Positions 58,722 to 64,000 of a stretch of DNA of 64,000 nt are shown here, one piece after another; position 1 is the first letter of the stretch, and each line of letters begins with the position of its first letter. The notes under the pieces were generated by a model that ran no database searches, had not been told where the DNA came from, and was given only the letters and a program-made list of their open reading frames with translations. This stretch comes from Sphaerodactylus townsendi. Its lineage: Eukaryota. The position numbers and the translations under genes were made by a program. The stretch covers positions 27,714,001 to 27,778,000 of the forward strand of contig NC_059425.1 of assembly GCF_021028975.2 (NCBI RefSeq). The letters run 5' to 3'.

Positions 58722-61700
58722 CATAAGAACATAAGAACATAAGAACAAGCCAGCTGGATCAGACCAAAGTCCATCTAGTCCAGCTCTCTGCTACTCGCAG
58801 TGGCCCACCAGGTGCCTTTGGGAGCTCACATGTAGGATGTGAACGCAATGGCCTTCTGCGGCTGTTGCTCCCGATCACCTGGTCTGTTAAGGCATTTGCA
58901 ATCTCAGATCAAGAGGATCAAGATTGGTAGCCATCAAATCAACTTCTCCTCCCATAAATCTGTCCAAGCCCCTTTTAAAGCTATCCAGGTTAGTGGCCAT
59001 CACCACCTCCTGTGGCAGCATATTCCAAACACCAAAATCACTGCGTTAGCATTGAAGGGTGTTTTCCTTTTATTAGTCTAATTCTTCCCCCAGCATTTTC
59101 AATGAATGCCCCCTGGTTCTAGTATTGTTGAGAGAGAAAGAATGTCTCTCTGTCAGCATTTTCTACCCATGCCATAGAATTTTGTAGACTTCAATCCCAT
59201 ATCCCCCCTCAGCCGCCTCCTCTCCAAACTAAAGAAAGGTCTGGCAGCTGCCAGCCTCTCCTCTCATAGGGAAGGTGCTCCAGTCCCTCAATCATCCTTG
59301 TTTGGCCCTTCTCTGCACTTTTTCTATCTCCCTCAATATCGCTTTTTTGGAATCTGTGACCAGAGACTGGACACAGTACTCCCAAGATGCGGTCAGCACC
59401 ACTGCTTAGCATATAAGGGCATGACAATCTTTGCCAGGTTATTATCAAGTTCCTTTTCTAATGATCCCCAGCATAGAGTTTGCCTTTTTTTCACAGCTGC
59501 CATTACATTGAGGTTGACGATTCCCATGGAACTATCAACTAAAGCGCCTAAATCCCCTTTCCCTGGTCTGCTTGACTGATAGCACTGACCCCTGTAAGCG
59601 TGTATGCTTGAAGTTTGGAGTTTTTTTTTTGCCCTATATTGCATCACTTTACATTGCTTTACATTGGAACTGCATTTTACCATTTCTGAGCCCACTCACC
59701 CTAATTTATCAAGATCCGCTTAGACTCTTACATAATCCTTTGTGGTTCTCACCACCTTACATAATTTGGTATCATCTGCAAACTTGGCCACCACGCTACC
59801 CACCCTACTTCCAGGTCATTTTATGAATAGGTTAAAAAAGAGCACTGGTTACCCCAAAGCGGATCCTTGCAAGGGACACCACTCCCGACATCTCTCCATT
59901 GTAGGGCACTTCCCATTTTACACCCACTCTTTGTTTCCTGTTTCTCAACCAGTTTTTTAATAATCATAGGGAGGGACTTCCCCTCTTATTACCACTTCAT
60001 TGCTGAGTTTTTCTCAACAGTCTCTGGTGGTAGGAACTTTGTCAAAACCTTTTGGAAATCCAAGTAGAACAATGTCCACCGGTTCACCCTGTCCACATGC
60101 CTGTTTACACCCTCAAAGAACTCTAGTAAGTTTGTAAAGACCCAGGATTTGCTCTGCACAAAGCCATTAACTGACTCTTTCTCAGCAGGATCTTGCTTTT
60201 CTACATGTTTTATAATTTTATCTTTAATGAAAGTAGATTCTACTAATTTACCAGGAACAGATGTCAAACTGACTGGCCTGTAATTTCCAGGTCCCCCTAG
60301 ATCCTTTCTTAAAGATTGGTGTGACATTAGCCCAAATCTTCCAGTCTTCAGGGATGGAGCCTGATTTCCAGGGATAAGTTGCATATTAAAGTGAGAAGAT
60401 CAGCAATTTTGATGCTTGAGCTCTTCTTAAGAACTCTTGGGTGAATGCAATCTGGGCCAGGGGATTTGGTAACATTTGGTTTATCAATGGCTGCCAGAAC
60501 TTCTTCCTTGTCTACCACTATCTTAAGCTAGTTCCACCGGATTAAGCCTCCCTAAGAAGCTTGGTTCCAGGTGCAGGAATGTTTCCTCCCACCTCCTCTT
60601 GAATTGAAGACAGATGCAAAGAAATTCATTCAGCTTCTCTGCAATCTCCCTGCCATCTTTAGCACCGCCTTTGTTCCTTTGTCATCTAATGGGGACCTAC
60701 CGCAGCTTCCCTTGCTGGCTTCCCTGCTTTTTTGATGTACTTGAGAAGAACTGTTTGTTGCTGTGGGTCTTGATGTTACGCGGCAATGCGTTCCCTCATA
60801 AATCCTTTTGCCTCCTTACCAGCTAACTTGCTTCTCTTTTTGCCACCATGTTTGTGTTCCCTCTCATATTCTTCATCAGCCAAACTGGACTTCCATTTTT
60901 TCTAAAAAAGACATTTTCTTTTTTCCTGATAATTTCCCTCAACCTCTTGTTGTTAACCATGGTGGCTTTCTTTTGGACTGAGTGCTGCCTTTTTCTAACC
61001 TGTGGAACTTTTACATTTCCAGCTGAACTTTTATTACTGTGTTTTTTAAAATAACCTCCAAGCATCCTGGACAGTTTGACTCCTCTTGATTTTTTTTTTC
61101 CCTTTCCAGCTTCACCTGCACTATCCCCTCATCTTTTGAGAAATTTCCCTTTCTGAAGGCAGATGTAACTACATTTAGTAGTTGCCACTTGATTGCATGC
61201 TGAAGGATGCCAGATCTGACAGCATTGTGGTGGCTGTTCCCTATCAGCTCAACAACACTGGACTTCCTGCACCGGGCTGTCCTGGGTCCCCACATAGAAT
61301 TAGATCTAGGATCCGCTCTCTCCCCTGGTTGGTTCCACAACCATCTGCCTCTAAGCCACAGTCATTTAGCAAGCATATCCAGGAATGCTCCCTCCCTTAC
61401 TATGACCTGAACATGCATTTTTTCCAGTTTATATGGGGATAGATTAAAATCACCCATTACCACTACATTTTTTGTTTTTGTTGGCCTCTCTAATTTCTTT
61501 TTCCATCTCAGAATCCTCTTGTGCACTTTGGTCCGGGGGGGGGCGATACCATATTATCTCCTAATATTAAACTGTCACTTCACACCTGGTATTGATATCC
61601 ACAGTGATTCTGTAGGGGAACCAGCTCCCCTTGCATTGTCTATTTTATGTGATACTATATATAACTTTGATGTAAAGGGAACAGCTCCCACTTTAATCAG

Positions 61701-63260
61701 CTCTTCTGTCCTATCAGCTTCCTATAGAGCCTGTAGCCTAGGTATAACAGTTATATCCCACTGGTTCTCCCTCATTTCCACCATGTTCTGTGCCAATGCC
61801 CACTATATCAAAGTCCTCCTTGAAAACTCTGTACTCTAGCTCCCCATTTTAGTCCAGAAGGTTGAATGCTTCTACTATTAGCATAGAGACACCTGTATAC
61901 CCTTGTCTCTGTCCCTTAACCTGGGGATTTATGTGCACTTTACCCTCAAAGTCTTCTTGTGTGAGACACTATCCACTTCAGTCCCACATGCACATTGCTA
62001 TGTTTTTTCTCAGCTTGTATGTGGTTGATTTAGAAAAAACCTCCCTCTCCTGTCTGCATCCCCATAGATACTGTATTGTTGAGACGAAGTCACCTCCCAG
62101 TTCTGCCTGTCGGCTTTCCCCAGTGATCAGTTTAAAAGCTGTTTCTACCACCTTTTTTTTAATGTTGAGCCAGCTTGGCCTGGTTCCTCTTTGGTTAAGA
62201 TGCAAGCCCGTCCCGTTTTGTACACAGGCCTACCTTTGTCCCAAAAGGTTCCCCAGTTCCTGACAAATCCCTAGAACCCTCTGCCTTACACCACCTTCTC
62301 ATCCACGCATTGAGAGACCCTGTATCTCCAGCTTGCTTAGCTTCGCCCTAATGGAGCAGGTAGCATTTCTGAGAATGCCACCACCACCTTGGAGGTCCTG
62401 GACTTCAACCTGTTTCCTAGCAGCCTTCCAAATTTAGCTTCCAGGAACCCTCCGGCTACATTTCCCAATGTACGTTGGGTGCCAATGTGGGACCACAACT
62501 GCTTCAGACTCCACCCCAGCACTGTCTAAAAGCCTATCTAGACAGCATTTTCGCGACATCCGCATAACCGCGCACAGCAGGCAGGCAAGTCACCATCACC
62601 GGTCATCAACCTCTCACCAAACCCAACTCTCTACATTTCTAATGATTGAATCACCCACTACAAGGAGCACCCCACCTCCCTTCGAGGGGTATCCTCTCAG
62701 TGTGAGAGAGAGAGATAGCTGATCCTGCCAGTTAAGGAAGGGATCCCATCTAAGGGAGCATCCTTCCCCACCTCAGAACCTGGCACCCTCCATCCCCAAG
62801 GCCTTCATGCTCCTCACATGACATCTGAAGAGATGTCACCTTGGGAGGTGGGACCCCGGGCTGTTAGGTCCCCTGAGAGAAGCCTCGTCTGTCACCCTCT
62901 CTGCCTCTTTCAGCTTCTCCAGGAAAGCTCTGCCACCTTGGCTTCACAAGAGTCCACACGCGTTCCTTGGAGTGCCAGGAGCCTTTTCATTGTGCCAGGG
63001 CACACCCAATGCACTTCTGGGTCCTAGTGGCAGATGGTCATACATGTGACACTCAGTGCAAAACACTGGAAAGCCCCCCATCCCCCCTGCTGGCTTTCTG
63101 GCTTTTCCGCCCTTATCTGGATTTGTTTTAGATATTTAGATGTGGCTTTTAGTCACTGCCCCCCCCTGGAGCTATCTGCGGTACTGTATCATCTGTCAAA
63201 TGTGTTCCTTAGTAATTTAAAAAAACAAAAAATTAAATTAAAATGAAATGCCATTAGGCG
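58722..63260 (-). mobile_element. Near full-length CR1 LINE (ORF1 + ORF2, many indels) in IFT172 intron 11
   Basis: (ataagaac)3 tail at 58722; RT motifs FADD near 59775, LDFQK near 60055, YRPVSLTSVPGKLVES near 60250; endonuclease MGDFN near 61450; ORF1 zinc finger FCTECHMYDHL near 63040. Confidence 0.93.
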
Positions 63261-63264
63261 CCAG

Positions 63265-64000
63265 CTCACTGGTTCAGAGACTGAACTAAAGCCCCACCTC
63301 TCAGGACAAAAGCCCCACCTCTCAGGACAAAGAGGAACAAGAGATGAACTCTGTTAACCCCTGTTAAGCCCCACCTTCCAGATTCAGCAGCCTTAGAAGG
63401 AGAAAAGAGAGATAACCCCTGTTAAAATAACTTGCTGTTTTTAAAAGCTGTGGCTTTGAGAAAAGCCCTCCCAAATGAACACCAGCAGGTCACTAAGCTC
63501 TTCCTGGCCAAGTCTCTTCTGCTGCTACTCCTCTCCGCTGGTTCCAGAGACTGAACTAAAGCCCCACCTCTCAGGACAAAAGCCCCACCTCTCAGGACAA
63601 AGAGGAACAAGAGATGAACTCTGTTAACCCCTGTTAAGCCCCACTTTCCAGATTCAGCAGTCTAGAAGGAGAAAAAGAGATAACCCCTGTTAAAATAACA
63701 GTTTTAAAAGCTGTGGCTTTGAGAAAAGCCCTCCCAAATGAACACCAGCAGGTCACTAAGCTCTTCCTGGCCAAGTCTCTTCTGCTGCTACTTCTCTCCG
63801 CTGGTTCCAGAGACTGAACTAAAGCCCCACCTCTCAGGACAAAAGCCCCACCTCTCAGGACAAAGAGGAACAAGAGATGAACTCTGTTAACCCCTGTTAA
63901 GCCCCACCTTCCAGATTCAGTAGAGCCTTAGAAGGGAGAAAAGAGATAACCCTGTTAAAATAACACTTTGTTTAAAAGCTGTGGCTTTGAGAAAGCCCTC
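63265..64000. repeat. Tandem repeat, about 263-268-bp unit, at least 2.7 copies, running off the window; probable CR1 5' UTR monomers
   Basis: Units start near 63270, 63538, 63801; each contains aaagccccacctctcaggaca twice. Confidence 0.9.

Noticed and set aside
63265-64000. Tandem array as a CRISPR-like or coding repeat
   Set aside because: Eukaryotic context, no unique spacers; the duplicated ORFs merely reflect the repeat unit.

Overview
Vertebrate genomic DNA, almost certainly a squamate and probably a gecko, judged from Sauria/5S/Squam-type SINEs, CR1/RTE/Penelope LINEs and hAT MITEs. The supplied ORF track is mostly noise; the real genes are spliced and were rebuilt by hand from GT/AG boundaries and phase continuity. 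Gene order: GCKR (minus, coding exons 1-6, continues off the left edge); FNDC4 (plus, complete, 6 coding exons); an LDLRAP1/ARH-like PTB adaptor gene (minus, about 8 exons, about 294 aa); IFT172 (plus, exons 1-11, continues off the right edge). This matches human 2p23.3 (GCKR-FNDC4-IFT172) except for the extra LDLRAP1-like gene. That gene is the most interesting feature: it keeps the ARH exon structure and PTB domain, appears to have lost the clathrin-box and AP-2 motifs, and shares a 281-bp bidirectional CpG promoter carrying an RFX X-box with IFT172. Other highlights: a Thr109-to-Ala equivalent in the GCKR sugar-phosphate site; a two-LTR Ty1/copia element with a half-tRNA primer site in GCKR intron 4; two solo LTRs; a near full-length CR1 with tandem 5' monomers; a SPIN MITE; Penelope-type hammerhead-like motifs; many palindromic hAT MITEs carrying ACTACAATTCCC. 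There are three N gaps, and some repeat interiors look like error-rich gap-fill sequence. Comparisons with human proteins and repeat families are from memory; no search was run.
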